Shown piece after piece: positions 49,901 to 58,982 of a stretch of DNA of 64,000 nucleotides. Source of the DNA: Deltaproteobacteria bacterium. Its GTDB lineage: Bacteria > Bdellovibrionota_B > Oligoflexia > Oligoflexales > CAIYRB01. The position numbers were made by a program, and so were the translations under genes. The stretch spans positions 9,501-73,500 of the forward strand of contig VGTI01000002.1 in assembly GCA_016874735.1 (NCBI GenBank). The letters are read 5' to 3'. Every line of letters starts with the position of its first letter. The stretch's first letter is position 1. The notes beneath the pieces were generated by a model that was given only the letters and a program-made list of their open reading frames with translations, did not search any database and was not told where the DNA came from.

Positions 49901-51111
49901 TCGTAGCGATCGGAGTTGAAGAATAGATTGTCGAAAAGAGCGCGCGCCGGCTCGATAGTTGGTGGATCACCTGGCCGTAGGCGCTTATAAATCTCCAGAA
50001 TCGCAGCATCTTGCGTCTGAACACCACGGTCGCTCACCAAGGTATTCCTGAACGAGGCATCAGCGTTCACCTGGTCCATGAACAAGATATCGATCTCGTC
50101 CACACCGCGTGAAATGATCTCCTTGATCAGCTCTTTGTCAAGGTCAGCGTTCAACGGAATGATTACATTGCCGTCGCGATCCTTAACATCTGCGGCAAGA
50201 ACTTTGCCCACCATATCATCAACCGTCAGGACCTGATATTCAAGACCTGCCTGCTGCATCTGACGGATCATCCCTTGGGTAATCCGACGATTCTTTTTGA
50301 CATAAATCTTATCCGAGTCCGGATCTTTGATGTCCGCCGAAGCACGTTGACCGCGCAACAACTCGAAGTTCAATTTCTTCTCAAATTTGCCCTCACGTAC
50401 CCGAATCCGCTCCTTCTCGTAGAAGTAATCGAGAAGCTGCGCTTCCGTGAAGCCAAGCGCCTTGAGCAGCGTCGTGGCATGCAATTTACGCCGCCGATCG
50501 ATCCGAACGTGCAGAATGTCCTTCGAGTCAAACTCGAAATCCATCCAGCTACCACGGTACGGAATAATCCGGGCGGTGTAGAGTAGTTTCCCGGTCGCAC
50601 TGTTGCGGCCTTTGTCATGGTCGAAGAATACACCGGCTGAACGATGCAGCTGGGACACAACAACCCGCTCGGTCCCGTTGATGATGAACGTACCCGAATC
50701 AGTCATCAGGGGGATCTCACCGAAGTAGACCTCTTGCTCCTTGACATCGCGGATCGTCTTCACCCCTGAGTCCTTGTCGACGTCCCAGACAACCAGACGG
50801 ATGACTACCTTCAAGGGAGCCGCAAAGCTCATCCCTCGCTGGCGACACTCGTCCACAGTGTACTTGGGCTCCTCGAACGCGTAGCTCACGAACTCAACGG
50901 ACGCAGTCTCCTGGAAGTCCTGAATCGGGAATACCGACCGGAACACGCCTTCGAGCCCGACGTTCTTGCGCTTGTCGGGATCTACTGCCATCTGCAGGAA
51001 TTGTTCGTAGCTGTTACGTTGGACTTCAATCAGGTAAGGGATTTCGACAGCAGGAGGAATTTTGGCAAAATTCTTCCTTGGCCGCGTAAAGGATGCTGCC
51101 AGGGAGGTCAT
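46966..51111 (-). CDS. rpoB: DNA-directed RNA polymerase subunit beta
   Basis: 1381 aa with conserved blocks ([16 protein letters not shown]). Position upstream of rpoC. Confidence 0.97.
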   Translation of the reverse strand: MTSLAASFTRPRKNFAKIPPAVEIPYLIEVQRNSYEQFLQMAVDPDKRKNVGLEGVFRSVFPIQDFQETASVEFVSYAFEEPKYTVDECRQRGMSFAAPLKVVIRLVVWDVDKDSGVKTIRDVKEQEVYFGEIPLMTDSGTFIINGTERVVVSQLHRSAGVFFDHDKGRNSATGKLLYTARIIPYRGSWMDFEFDSKDILHVRIDRRRKLHATTLLKALGFTEAQLLDYFYEKERIRVREGKFEKKLNFELLRGQRASADIKDPDSDKIYVKKNRRITQGMIRQMQQAGLEYQVLTVDDMVGKVLAADVKDRDGNVIIPLNADLDKELIKEIISRGVDEIDILFMDQVNADASFRNTLVSDRGVQTQDAAILEIYKRLRPGDPPTIEPARALFDNLFFNSDRYDLSTVGRLKLNERLGLDLPLEQRTLTKDDILKTVGYLLRLKNGNGEIDDIDHLGNRRVRAVGELLENQYRIGLLRIERAIRERLQLQDVDTLLPHDFINNKPASAVVKEFFGSSQLSQFMDQTNPLSEVTHKRRLSALGPGGLSRERAGFEVRDVHPTHYGRICPVETPEGPNIGLISSLASYARVNDYGFIETPYKNLRAEDGAPTVRYYSASEEHRDHVIAQAALPDAHKPDELVGVRRQGESEIARAEEADLMDVSTNQLVSVAASLIPFLQNDDANRALMGSNMQRQAVPLLKTRAPLIGTGLELTVARDSGAAVVAKRDGTVVSVDADRIVIKTNEDDPEALTEVGADVDIYNLQKYKRSNLDTCINQRPIVQKGEVVRRGDIIADGFGIETGELALGQNVVVAFMPWSGYNFEDSILISEKVVKEDQFTSIHIQEFECISRDTKLGQEEITSDIPNVGEDALRNLDEAGIIRIGAEVQPNDILVGKITPKGETQLTPEEKLLRAIFGEKAGDVRDTSLRVPPGVVGTVIGAKVFARAGADKDVRSTQIEEAEIQKLRKDETDRINIIKDSAIRKMARISGGDALAADVKAKDGADVVVKKGTVVDLNFLEGLDYVLWEQLSLKSAEKNGLLRKALDNLRDKINLIRFMTEEQIKKIKKGDELPPGVIKMVKVYIAIKRKLQVGDKMAGRHGNKGVVSRILPEEDMPFLENGRPVDVVLNPLGVPSRMNIGQILETHLGWAAKGIGERLNEMLEATFDRKAVEEYILKIWDDAEVKAFVKSATDDQLKTFIRKYREGVHFANPVFDGANEAEIKSHLRLAGLSEDGQVDLYDGRTGSKFDNRVTVGVMYVLKLHHLVDEKIHARSIGPYSLVTQQPLGGKAQFGGQRLGEMEVWAMEAYGAAHTLQEFLTVKSDDLLGRTRMYESIVKGQNAMTPGLPESFNVLVKELQSLGLDVNLIRDDGQETGIDGLQQQ

Positions 51112-51213
51112 AGGGCTCTCCTAAAGATCCAAGGGAAAGCGGGCTCTAGTCACGCCGCCTAGCTGTGACATAGGCACGCTTCAGGTCGCACTGCAAGATT
51201 CGCAAACTGGCTA

Positions 51214-51242
51214 ATCATTTCCATAGGCTTGACAAATGTCAA
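51214..51242 (-). promoter_or_regulatory. candidate sigma70-type promoter in the rplL-rpoB spacer (TTGACA-17-AATGAT)
   Basis: On the minus strand there is a perfect -35 TTGACA (51237-51242), which is part of the palindrome TTGACAAATGTCAA. A 17-nt spacer separates it from a weak -10 AATGAT (51214-51219). Confidence 0.3.
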
Positions 51243-51403
51243 CAGATAATATCCATGACACAAAATTAAGCCCCGCCTAGGCGGCGACACGCATCAATCC
51301 CGTCAGGGTCCATAGACACTCGGCATTGACGCAGTCGGCCACCAAAGGCGGTTCTAACTGCCAAACTTCAAATGAAGCCTTCTCAGATAATGCTAATCCG
51401 AAC

Positions 51404-51781
51404 TTATTTAAGCTCGACTTTAGCACCAGCTTCTTCAAGCACTTTCTTGATCTTAGCGGCTTCTTCTTTCGAAACGCCTTCTTTAACAGTCTTTGGCGCG
51501 CCTTCAACCAGGTCTTTAGCTTCTTTCAAGCCTAGACCAGTGATCGTACGGATCTCTTTGATCACGTTGATCTTTTTGTCGCCAGAGTTAGCTAGAACGA
51601 CGGTGAACTCAGTTTGCTCTTCAACTGGAGCTGCTGCTGCTCCAGGGGCGACTGCAACAGCTACTGGAGCCGCTGCACTCACGCCGAACTTGTCTTCAAG
51701 TTCCTTAACCAGCTCAGCTGCTTCAAGCAGCGTCAGGTTTTCCAAGAATGTGATCACCTGTTCTTTTGTCACGCTCGACAT
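51404..51781 (-). CDS. rplL: 50S ribosomal protein L7/L12
   Basis: [34 protein letters not shown]...KVELK. ATG 51781 follows GAGGAGGGAG. Confidence 0.95.
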   Translation of the reverse strand: MSSVTKEQVITFLENLTLLEAAELVKELEDKFGVSAAAPVAVAVAPGAAAAPVEEQTEFTVVLANSGDKKINVIKEIRTITGLGLKEAKDLVEGAPKTVKEGVSKEEAAKIKKVLEEAGAKVELK

Positions 51782-51842
51782 ACCGTACTCCCTCCTCAAC
51801 CTTCGGCGCCCGTCGCGATCCGAAGCGGTATACATTTACCTA

Positions 51843-52373
51843 TTAGTTAGCTTTCTTATCCTTGATCGCGTTGATGACTTGCACCAACTGACGTGGAACA
51901 CCGTTTAGAACACCAAGCAGACCACGATGTGGTGCCACTAGCGTGCCAACTAGGCGCGCTAGCAGAACGTCCATCGTCGGCAACTCAGAGATCGCCTTCA
52001 GGTCAGCGGCAGACACGCCTTTGCCGTCTAGTACTCCGCTGGTAACTTTGAAGTTCTCTTTATCTTTTGCAAACTCCAGTACAGACTTGGCAGCCTGGGC
52101 CGGATCACCGTAAATAATTACTAGCCCAACAGGACCCTTTAGAGACCCAGAGATAGCCCCTACGTTTTCAGCTTCTTCGCGAATCGCTACCTTGGTTACA
52201 CGGTTCTTCACAACCCGGAATTCAGAGTTGGACTCGCGCAACTTCACCCGTAATTCAGTGAGCTCTGCCACTGTCAATCCACGGTACTCTGCAACAATTG
52301 CGGCGTTAGCCTTCTTGAGACGCTCAGCTATTTCGCCCTTAAGCTGATGCTTGCGAGCTTTTGTCATTGCCAT
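51843..52373 (-). CDS. rplJ: 50S ribosomal protein L10
   Basis: 176 aa. Its position between rplA and rplL and its L10-like sequence support the call. Confidence 0.93.
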   Translation of the reverse strand: MAMTKARKHQLKGEIAERLKKANAAIVAEYRGLTVAELTELRVKLRESNSEFRVVKNRVTKVAIREEAENVGAISGSLKGPVGLVIIYGDPAQAAKSVLEFAKDKENFKVTSGVLDGKGVSAADLKAISELPTMDVLLARLVGTLVAPHRGLLGVLNGVPRQLVQVINAIKDKKAN

Positions 52374-52411
52374 GGCGTTATACCCTCACCTACCTTAGGA
52401 CATGAGACTAA

Positions 52412-53107
52412 TTAGAGACGGAACGGAGCCGGGTCAACTTTGACACCAGGACTCATCGTTGACGACAAACCGATACGCTGTACGTATGTACCCTTCGCTG
52501 TTGCTGGCTTAGCTTTCACAAGCGCGTCCAACACAGCCTTGGCATTTTCCACCAGTTTATCTTCATCGAAGCTGACTTTGCCGACTGGACAATGAACAAT
52601 ACCGGCTTTGTCGACACGGTATTCCGTACGGCCAGCTTTTAGCTCGTTGACTGCCTTCAAAACATCGAAGGTAACGGTACCAAGTTTTGGGTTAGGCATC
52701 AGGCCACGGGGACCTAGCACTTTACCTAGTTTACCAACCACACCCATCATGTCCGGGGTAGCGATAACTTGATCGAAATCCATCCAGCCACCTTGAATCT
52801 TGGCTGCTAGATCATCGCCACCAACCTCTACGACACCCTCGACCTTTGCTTGAGTTGCTTTCTCACCCTTAGCAAACACGATAATGCGCACACTCTTGCC
52901 TAGCCCATGAGGGAGCGGCACTGCGCCACGTACGTTTTGATCAGCCTGCCGCGGATCTACACCCAAGTTGACGACGAGATCAAGGGTAGCATCGAATTTG
53001 CAGAAGGTGGTTTTCTTGACGAGACCGACGGCCTCAGACAGGGAATATTGCTTTACAGGATCCACAGCGCTCTGCGCCGCGCGGTATTTTTTACCACGTT
53101 TAGCCAT
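52412..53107 (-). CDS. rplA: 50S ribosomal protein L1
   Basis: [11 protein letters not shown]... 231 aa in a conserved position. Confidence 0.95.
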   Translation of the reverse strand: MAKRGKKYRAAQSAVDPVKQYSLSEAVGLVKKTTFCKFDATLDLVVNLGVDPRQADQNVRGAVPLPHGLGKSVRIIVFAKGEKATQAKVEGVVEVGGDDLAAKIQGGWMDFDQVIATPDMMGVVGKLGKVLGPRGLMPNPKLGTVTFDVLKAVNELKAGRTEYRVDKAGIVHCPVGKVSFDEDKLVENAKAVLDALVKAKPATAKGTYVQRIGLSSTMSPGVKVDPAPFRL

Positions 53108-53213
53108 TGTCTATTCTCCGTAGTTCAAGCGAGTAACCTCAAGGGCTACTCTCCTACTATGTCGGCCTCAAATGAGGCGTTTAACCAAAACCTAGATACA
53201 CCAAATCACCGGA

Positions 53214-53639
53214 TTAGCCTTGAACCTCTAACCCCATGCTGCGGGCAGAGCCAGAGATAATCTTCACAGCTGCAGCTTCATCGTAGCAATTAAGATCTTT
53301 CATCTTGATTGCCGCAATTTCTTTAACTTGAGCGAGGGTTACCGAGCCACATGTTGCCTTACTCGGGGTCTGCGAACCCTTTTCGATCTTAGCTGCTTTT
53401 TTGAGCAGGTCAGATGCGGGCGGACTCTTGGTGATGAAGGAAAAAGACTTATCTGCGTAGACCGTAATAATGGTCGGCAGAATAGAGCCAATTTGCTTCT
53501 GAGTCCGCGCATTAAACTCTTTAGTGAACGCCATAATGTTGACGCCACGCTGGCCTAACGCTGGCCCTACCGGGGGCGCTGGATTGGCTTTGCCGGCTGG
53601 GATTTGCAGCTTGATATAGCCGACGATCTTCTTTGCCAC
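53214..53639 (-). CDS. rplK: 50S ribosomal protein L11
   Basis: GTG 53639 follows AAGGAG by 6 nt and gives (M)[29 protein letters not shown], 141 aa. Confidence 0.93.
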   Translation of the reverse strand: MAKKIVGYIKLQIPAGKANPAPPVGPALGQRGVNIMAFTKEFNARTQKQIGSILPTIITVYADKSFSFITKSPPASDLLKKAAKIEKGSQTPSKATCGSVTLAQVKEIAAIKMKDLNCYDEAAAVKIISGSARSMGLEVQG

Positions 53640-53695
53640 CTTCAACTCCTTACCAATAACTGGTAGCCGAGAAACCTGGAAAACGGAAGACACGC

Positions 53696-53724
53696 TTTAT
53701 ACGGAAACCACAATCTGAAGTCAA
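53696..53724 (-). promoter_or_regulatory. sigma70-type promoter upstream of rplK (TTGACT-17-TATAAA)
   Basis: On the minus strand, -35 TTGACT (53719-53724), a 17-nt spacer and -10 TATAAA (53696-53701). It lies in the nusG-rplK spacer, about 55 nt upstream of the rplK start. Confidence 0.55.
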
Positions 53725-53750
53725 GCGGTCATTAACTATTATTGAGCGCT

Positions 53751-54359
53751 TTAGCTCAATTTTTGTACCTGACCGTAGTCCAGCTCTACTGGGGTTTCTC
53801 TTCCGAAAATACTTACTAAAATTCGTAACTTCATCTTATCCGCCTGCACGGCTTCGACGATGCCGTCGAAGTTGGTAAAGGCGCCATCAATAACCTTAAC
53901 GGACTCACCCTTCTCAAAGGTTTGCGTCGAAGCCTGTTGCTTCGTCTGCTCTTTGATGGTTTCAGGTGAGGTGAGACGCAGAACTTCCTGATCCGTAATG
54001 GGTCTAGGATTCCGAACATTTCCCACAAATCCCGTGATCTTCGGAGTATCGCGCACTAAATGGTTAGTTTCCTCGGTCATCTCCATCTCAACGATGATGT
54101 ACCCCGGAAACGCGTTGCGCTCGACTTTCTTTTTCTTGCCGCTCTTCAGGACAGTTTCCTGAGCAGTCTTAGGCACTACGATCTCGCCAAATTTTTCTTC
54201 CATCTTGTTGAGTTTGATGCGCTCAAGCAAGGTGGACTTGGCTTTTTCTTCAAACATCGAGTAGGTATGTACCACATACCACTTGAATTTTGGATTCTTA
54301 GCTGCGACTGGCACTGCAACTGTGCCGTCTTGCCCCGTCATGTTAGATTCATCGCTCAT
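53751..54359 (-). CDS. nusG: transcription termination/antitermination factor NusG
   Basis: KWYVVHTYSMFEEKAK (NGN domain) and a C-terminal KOW (GESVKVIDGAFTNFDGIVE). The start is ATG 54359 or 54371, both downstream of the secE stop. Confidence 0.93.
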   Translation of the reverse strand: MSDESNMTGQDGTVAVPVAAKNPKFKWYVVHTYSMFEEKAKSTLLERIKLNKMEEKFGEIVVPKTAQETVLKSGKKKKVERNAFPGYIIVEMEMTEETNHLVRDTPKITGFVGNVRNPRPITDQEVLRLTSPETIKEQTKQQASTQTFEKGESVKVIDGAFTNFDGIVEAVQADKMKLRILVSIFGRETPVELDYGQVQKLS

Positions 54360-54403
54360 TACACTCACCATATCAAACCAAGCTAGGGGCAATCCCCGCC
54401 GTG

Positions 54404-54781
54404 TTATGCAATTAAATGCTTCAATGTCCACGACCAAAAGAAATCGAAAACACCGACTATGACCGCAAAAATACCGACTACTATACAGACCACTAGAGTC
54501 ATGCGTTTTGTATCTGGCCAGCTTGGCCATGCAACTTTACGTAATTCCCCGATCGCTGCAAGGAAATACTCATTGCGTGCAGGGTCGGCCCTCAAAGCCC
54601 ATGCCGCACCCACACCTGCAGCACCACTCACAAGGTAGGCTGCGTAGTGAAACCACTCAAACCGCTCAAGCCATCCTGTCTGAATACCAATCGTCTCCGC
54701 CGCCTTGAACGTGACGTAGGCAGTGAGAAGCAAAAACACGATATAGGCCGCATTCAACCAAAAAGCATCGTCTTTCGCCAC
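54404..54781 (-). CDS. secE: preprotein translocase subunit SecE (three-TM form)
   Basis: C-terminal ELRKVAWPSWPDTKRMTLVVCIVVGIFAVIV matches the SecE signature. GTG 54781 follows GAGGA by 8 nt. The longer ORF would run into tRNA-Trp. Confidence 0.85.
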   Translation of the reverse strand: MAKDDAFWLNAAYIVFLLLTAYVTFKAAETIGIQTGWLERFEWFHYAAYLVSGAAGVGAAWALRADPARNEYFLAAIGELRKVAWPSWPDTKRMTLVVCIVVGIFAVIVGVFDFFWSWTLKHLIA

Positions 54782-54808
54782 GGGATTAGTCCTCAGTCTG
54801 GATGAAGG

Positions 54809-54884
54809 TGGCAGGCGAGGAGGGATTCGAACCCACAACATGCGGATTTGGAATCCGCCGCTCTACCATTGGAGCTACTCGCCT
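54809..54884 (-). tRNA. tRNA-Trp (anticodon CCA)
   Basis: Cloverleaf by hand. Acceptor AGGCGAG/CTCGCCT, anticodon arm GCGGA-TTCCAAA-TCCGC, T arm GTGGG-TTCGAAT-CCCTC (one U-U mismatch). CCA is encoded. Confidence 0.88.
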
Positions 54885-54904
54885 GTAACTTTATGTCAGC
54901 AAAC

Positions 54905-54933
54905 CAAAAAAACCGGGGCTCACGCCCCGGTTT
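54905..54933 (-). terminator. Rho-independent terminator downstream of tuf
   Basis: The minus-strand RNA reads ACCGGGGC-GUGA-GCCCCGGU followed by U7. It begins about 10 nt after the tuf stop. Confidence 0.8.
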
Positions 54934-54941
54934 AAAACTAC

Positions 54942-56138
54942 TTACTCAGTAATAATCTCAGCTACAACGCCGGCACCAACGGTACGGCCACCTTCGCGGA
55001 TAGCGAAGCGAAGCTCTTTGTCCATGGCGATCGGGGTCAGTAATTCAACATCCATGTTCACGTTGTCACCAGGCATCACCATCTCGACGTTAGCCGGCAG
55101 GGTGATGGTACCAGTCACGTCAGTTGTACGGAAGTAGAACTGGGGACGGTAGTTCTTGAAGAATGGGGTGTGGCGGCCGCCTTCTTCTTTGGTGAGAATG
55201 TAAACAGAAGCTTTGAACTTCTTGTGAGGTTTGATCGTGCCTGGCTTAGCCAAGACTTGGCCGCGCTCAACGTCTTCACGCTTGGTACCGCGGAGCAGTA
55301 CGCCCACGTTGTCACCAGCCTGACCTTGGTCGAGGATCTTACGGAACATCTCAACGCCCGTACATACGGTCTTTTGAGTGTCACGAATGCCCACGATTTC
55401 AAGTTCTTCGTTGACTTTAACCATACCGCGCTCGATACGGCCAGTAACTACTGTACCGCGACCGGAAATCGAGAAAACGTCCTCGATTGGCATGAGGAAC
55501 GGTTGGTCAACTGGACGCTCAGGGATTGGGATCCACTGGTCGCAGTTATCGATAAGTTCGACAACTTTTTTCGCCCAGTCGTCTTCGGCAGTGCTGGCTT
55601 CAAGAGCTTTCAAAGCCGAGCCCTTCACGATCGGGGTGTCGTCACCTGGGAACTTGTACTGGTTGAGAAGCTCGCGAACTTCCATCTCAACGAGGTCGAG
55701 AAGCTCAGGATCGTCAACCATGTCACATTTGTTCATGAAGACGACAATCTTTGGCACGCCGACCTGACGAGCGAGCAGAATGTGCTCACGTGTCTGGGGC
55801 ATCGGGCCGTCAGCAGCGCTAACGACGAGGATAGCGCCGTCCATCTGAGCAGCACCGGTGATCATGTTCTTAACGTAGTCGGCGTGACCGGGGCAGTCTA
55901 CGTGCGCGTAGTGGCGCGTCGCAGATTCGTACTCAACGTGGGCGGTCGAGATCGTGATACCACGAGCCTTCTCTTCCGGCGCCTTGTCGATTTGATCGTA
56001 CGCCATGAACGAGCCGCCGTACTTCAGTGCCATAACTTTGGTGATCGCCGCGGTCAGCGTGGTCTTACCGTGGTCGACGTGACCGATAGTACCGACGTTA
56101 ACGTGTGGTTTTTTACGTTCAAACTTTTCCTTAGCCAT
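54942..56138 (-). CDS. tuf: elongation factor Tu
   Basis: [36 protein letters not shown] and NKCD motifs. 398 aa. Confidence 0.97.
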   Translation of the reverse strand: MAKEKFERKKPHVNVGTIGHVDHGKTTLTAAITKVMALKYGGSFMAYDQIDKAPEEKARGITISTAHVEYESATRHYAHVDCPGHADYVKNMITGAAQMDGAILVVSAADGPMPQTREHILLARQVGVPKIVVFMNKCDMVDDPELLDLVEMEVRELLNQYKFPGDDTPIVKGSALKALEASTAEDDWAKKVVELIDNCDQWIPIPERPVDQPFLMPIEDVFSISGRGTVVTGRIERGMVKVNEELEIVGIRDTQKTVCTGVEMFRKILDQGQAGDNVGVLLRGTKREDVERGQVLAKPGTIKPHKKFKASVYILTKEEGGRHTPFFKNYRPQFYFRTTDVTGTITLPANVEMVMPGDNVNMDVELLTPIAMDKELRFAIREGGRTVGAGVVAEIITE

Positions 56139-56227
56139 CTGTTCCTCCCGCTATGGCGTACGCGCCTCGAAACTTTCTTTTTAAATTTCCACTGATCTAC
56201 TCTGCGGCAGATCACTTGGTCGTTTGA

Positions 56228-56302
56228 TGGAGCCCGGGATGGGAATTGAACCCACGACCCCGTCCTTACCAAGGACGTGCTCTACCACTGAGCCACCCGG
56301 GC
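56228..56302 (-). tRNA. tRNA-Thr (anticodon GGT)
   Basis: Acceptor GCCCGGG/CCCGGGC, anticodon arm CGTCC-TTGGTAA-GGACG, T arm GTGGG-TTCAATT-CCCAT. CCA is encoded. Confidence 0.9.
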
Positions 56303-56348
56303 TTGCTCTCACCTAACTTATAGACACCATCTGCTAACACACTTGTAA

Positions 56349-56425
56349 TGGAGCGGGAAACGGGATTCGAACCCGCGACCCTTAGCTTGGAAGGCTAATG
56401 CTCTAGCCAGCTGAGCTACTCCCGC
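56349..56425 (-). tRNA. tRNA-Gly (anticodon TCC)
   Basis: Acceptor GCGGGAG/TTCCCGC, anticodon arm TTAGC-CTTCCAA-GCTAA, T arm GCGGG-TTCGAAT-CCCGT. CCA is encoded. Confidence 0.9.
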
Positions 56426-56543
56426 CCTGTACCGCCGCATCCTAGCTGATTTGCCAGAATATGAAATGAGAATTTGCAGCGAGGCCTAAGAAAGACATCA
56501 TGCTTATTCTCTCAACCCCTCATCGCGACGATCAGATGGGAGG

Positions 56544-56629
56544 TGGTGGAGGGTGAAGGATTCGAACCTTCGAAGACGTAAGTCAACGGGTTTACAGCCC
56601 GCCCCCATTGGCCGCTCGGGCAACCCTCC
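56544..56629 (-). tRNA. tRNA-Tyr (anticodon GTA), long variable arm
   Basis: Acceptor GGAGGGT/ACCCTCC, anticodon loop CTGTAAA, long variable arm, T arm GAAGG-TTCGAAT-CCTTC. CCA is encoded. Confidence 0.88.
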
Positions 56630-56665
56630 ACATCGAAACACTGGACACGTTACTGAAGTGACGTC

Positions 56666-56741
56666 TGGAGCTGGCGAAGGGACTTGAACCCGCAACCTGC
56701 TGATTACAAATCAGCTGCTCTACCAATTGAGCTACGCCAGC
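56666..56741 (-). tRNA. tRNA-Thr (anticodon TGT)
   Basis: Acceptor GCTGGCG/CGCCAGC, anticodon arm GCTGA-TTTGTAA-TCAGC, T loop TTCAAGT (the T stem has one mismatch). CCA is encoded. Confidence 0.85.
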
Positions 56742-56885
56742 GAGCCGTGATCTCCACCGCCATAACCAAACTACCACTACCTGACTTTCCCAGTTGGCAA
56801 TTTGACCCCAATGGAATTAGCCAATGGATTCAAGAGGTTCCCCGGTTAGTCGAGACAATTGGATACTATAGGTTCGACACTGGTG

Positions 56886-57716
56886 TCAAGGCGTTGCCGC
56901 TCCGACCCTTGTAAATTCACACAAAAAAATACCGGCCGCAACAGAGACATTCAAGGATTCGAGCCCTGAGCCCAGGCTCGGAATAGCGGCCAATCGGTCA
57001 CAAGAGTCCGTAACTTGTTTGGAAAGTCCGGTATCTTCGGCCCCAAGTACCAGCACAACTTTTTCATAAGTGGAGGCTAGCGTGCGGAACTCCTCGCCCC
57101 CCATAGCGGCTCCGATGATCCAATAGCCCTCGTCTTTGAGCGCGCTCAATGCCCGGTTTAGATTCACAGTAATGACCAGGTCGGTTAACGCAAACCCCCC
57201 TTGGGCGGTGTTAACTGATGCTTGCGTAAGCAGAACCTGACGGCGCTCTGGAACTAGAACCTCTTTGACCCCGAAAAAGGCCGCGCTTCTAATGATCGCG
57301 CCCAAATTACGAGGATCGGTCACATGATCGAGCGCGATAATCACATCTTTTTTCCGCGGTTTTAAACGCTCGACTAAACCGTTAAAAGTTTTAGCCTGAA
57401 ATTGAACAAGTGCGGATAAGGGAGCAGCCTGTGGCATATCCCTCTCGATGATGCGCTGCCTCAGCGGTACGGGTAGCGCGTACTTTTGTTTCAATTGTTC
57501 GGCCTGCAGTTTAGCACGCTCGACATATAGAATCTCTTTAATACTACCTGGTGCAAAACGGGCGTATTCACCAATCGCTGATTCTCCATCGACGTGAAAT
57601 TCCCGCGGCGCAAAGGGATCGGCCTTAGCATCATCTCGCGCTGCAGAGCCGCTTCCCTGGTGGCGACGGCTACGCCGTGAACCGGTGTCACGTTTACCCA
57701 CTTTTGCAGTCTTCAT
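56886..57716 (-). CDS. rlmB: 23S rRNA 2'-O-ribose (Gm2251-type) methyltransferase, SpoU/TrmH family
   Basis: SpoU motifs ALDHVTDPRNLGAIIRSAAFFG, LVLGAEDTGLS and IPSLGSGLESLNVSVAAGI. Basic N-terminal extension. ATGA overlap with the upstream gene. Confidence 0.8.
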   Translation of the reverse strand: MKTAKVGKRDTGSRRSRRHQGSGSAARDDAKADPFAPREFHVDGESAIGEYARFAPGSIKEILYVERAKLQAEQLKQKYALPVPLRQRIIERDMPQAAPLSALVQFQAKTFNGLVERLKPRKKDVIIALDHVTDPRNLGAIIRSAAFFGVKEVLVPERRQVLLTQASVNTAQGGFALTDLVITVNLNRALSALKDEGYWIIGAAMGGEEFRTLASTYEKVVLVLGAEDTGLSKQVTDSCDRLAAIPSLGSGLESLNVSVAAGIFLCEFTRVGAATP

Positions 57717-58951
57717 GTATTTCCCGTCCGCAGTTCATGTCTAATGGCTTGCGCAGCTTTAAAGTCCAAATGGTCACCGGTTATTTGCAGCATGAATTGA
57801 ATGACGCTTTCGATTCTGTTCACCACGACCTGCAACCGATCTAGACTATCCTGCGACTGGCTTATAATCGAAATCACGCAATCGCGCTCGAGATTACCCA
57901 GATCGTCCACGAAGAATGTCTGTATACTCGTATCATTCAACCGTTCAATGAAATTACGTAAATCCGCAATAGGGAAATCCTTTTGCGCAGTGGTAAACAC
58001 TTTGCGCAAGGACTGCAAGACGAAGGCGTAGCTGTCGAGCGTATTCTTCAGCGCTGCCATTGTCGGTGACATTTTGGGTAAAGGATCGTTGTCGGGAATG
58101 ATTTTGCAGATGCCAGAATTCACTAGATGCATCAACGCCCCAACTGTGTAAGCGTCAATGAGCTTAGACTGATCTAGAAGGGTCTGCACGCTGCGTTCTT
58201 GCGCGATCAGAGAGATAATATCACCGTAAAATGTTCCAGCTGGATATGTCAGTTGCAATGTTTCCACGCTTGATTGCAGTGCAACTTCTGTCTCTGCCCG
58301 CAGCCTCGAAAGGAACGCACGGTATGCCGCGCCATAGCTGAAAGCCTCTTGTACCAACTGCGCGAAGCTTTCGGCAAACACAACTTCCGTGCTGGGTGGC
58401 GCGGCAACGGGATGGATTTCACAAAATAGCTGATCAGACATAAATATCGATCTGAGGATTTGACGCACTTGGAGCTTCAGTGCATCCCAGAGATCCACTT
58501 TAGTAAGTATACTGCTTGAGACGAGAACCTGACCAAACTTTCTAACTTTGGTCACCTCAGCGGCTGATGATGTCAGATCATCTAGGGAGATCTTAGACTC
58601 ACGAAACAGCACCTCACCAAGTCGGTCATCGATCAGGTTCGAACCAGCAAACACCAATTTACCATCGTTCAGAAAGAGCCTTTTTACGCCAAATCCAGTG
58701 TCCACAGCAACGACACCACTGAAACCTGACTGCGCGAGACCGATTAAAAAATCGCGCATGACAAAGACACTGAGACTTGCAGTGCCGCGGTTTTGCTTAT
58801 TCGCGTTTTGTAACATGTCATCCGAACGCAATAGTATGCGATTTTCATCAAGCAGTTCCGCGCGCCAGGGCGATTGTTCTGTAGCTTCGGGAAATCCCGC
58901 AATCAACAGTGCGTCGTTCTGTCTCTCGACTGTCAGGTTTACTCCGTCCAT
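57713..58951 (-). CDS. DUF4388-like domain protein
   Basis: The start at ATG 58951 follows AAAGGGGAA. The block LSVFVMRDFLIGLAQSGFSGVVAVDTGFGVKRLFLNDGKLVFAGSN...LGEVL resembles the DUF4388 (PatA-N-like) pattern. The rest is unrecognised. Confidence 0.5.
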   Translation of the reverse strand: MDGVNLTVERQNDALLIAGFPEATEQSPWRAELLDENRILLRSDDMLQNANKQNRGTASLSVFVMRDFLIGLAQSGFSGVVAVDTGFGVKRLFLNDGKLVFAGSNLIDDRLGEVLFRESKISLDDLTSSAAEVTKVRKFGQVLVSSSILTKVDLWDALKLQVRQILRSIFMSDQLFCEIHPVAAPPSTEVVFAESFAQLVQEAFSYGAAYRAFLSRLRAETEVALQSSVETLQLTYPAGTFYGDIISLIAQERSVQTLLDQSKLIDAYTVGALMHLVNSGICKIIPDNDPLPKMSPTMAALKNTLDSYAFVLQSLRKVFTTAQKDFPIADLRNFIERLNDTSIQTFFVDDLGNLERDCVISIISQSQDSLDRLQVVVNRIESVIQFMLQITGDHLDFKAAQAIRHELRTGNT

Positions 58952-58982
58952 ACGTTCCCCTTTTTTGCGATCTGAACTTTTC

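Noticed and set aside
51372-51908. 178-aa plus-strand ORF (and the nested 51614..51850)
   Set aside because: It is antisense to rplL and the rplJ 3' end. Its Ser/Ala/Thr-rich translation mirrors the Ala/Glu/Lys-rich L7/L12 coding strand.
54782-54841. Upstream extension of the secE ORF, and the upstream extension of the nusG ORF to 54530
   Set aside because: The secE extension runs into tRNA-Trp (54809..54884). The nusG extension overlaps secE. In both cases internal starts with an RBS give proteins of canonical length.
55170-56195. 341-aa ORF on the plus strand
   Set aside because: It lies entirely antisense to tuf. Long antisense ORFs are a codon-bias artefact in highly expressed genes. 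The translation is low-complexity with no motifs or RBS.
56504-56777. Two 61-63-aa minus-strand ORFs and a 76-aa plus-strand ORF
   Set aside because: They are read straight through the tRNA-Tyr and tRNA-Thr genes and are not coding.
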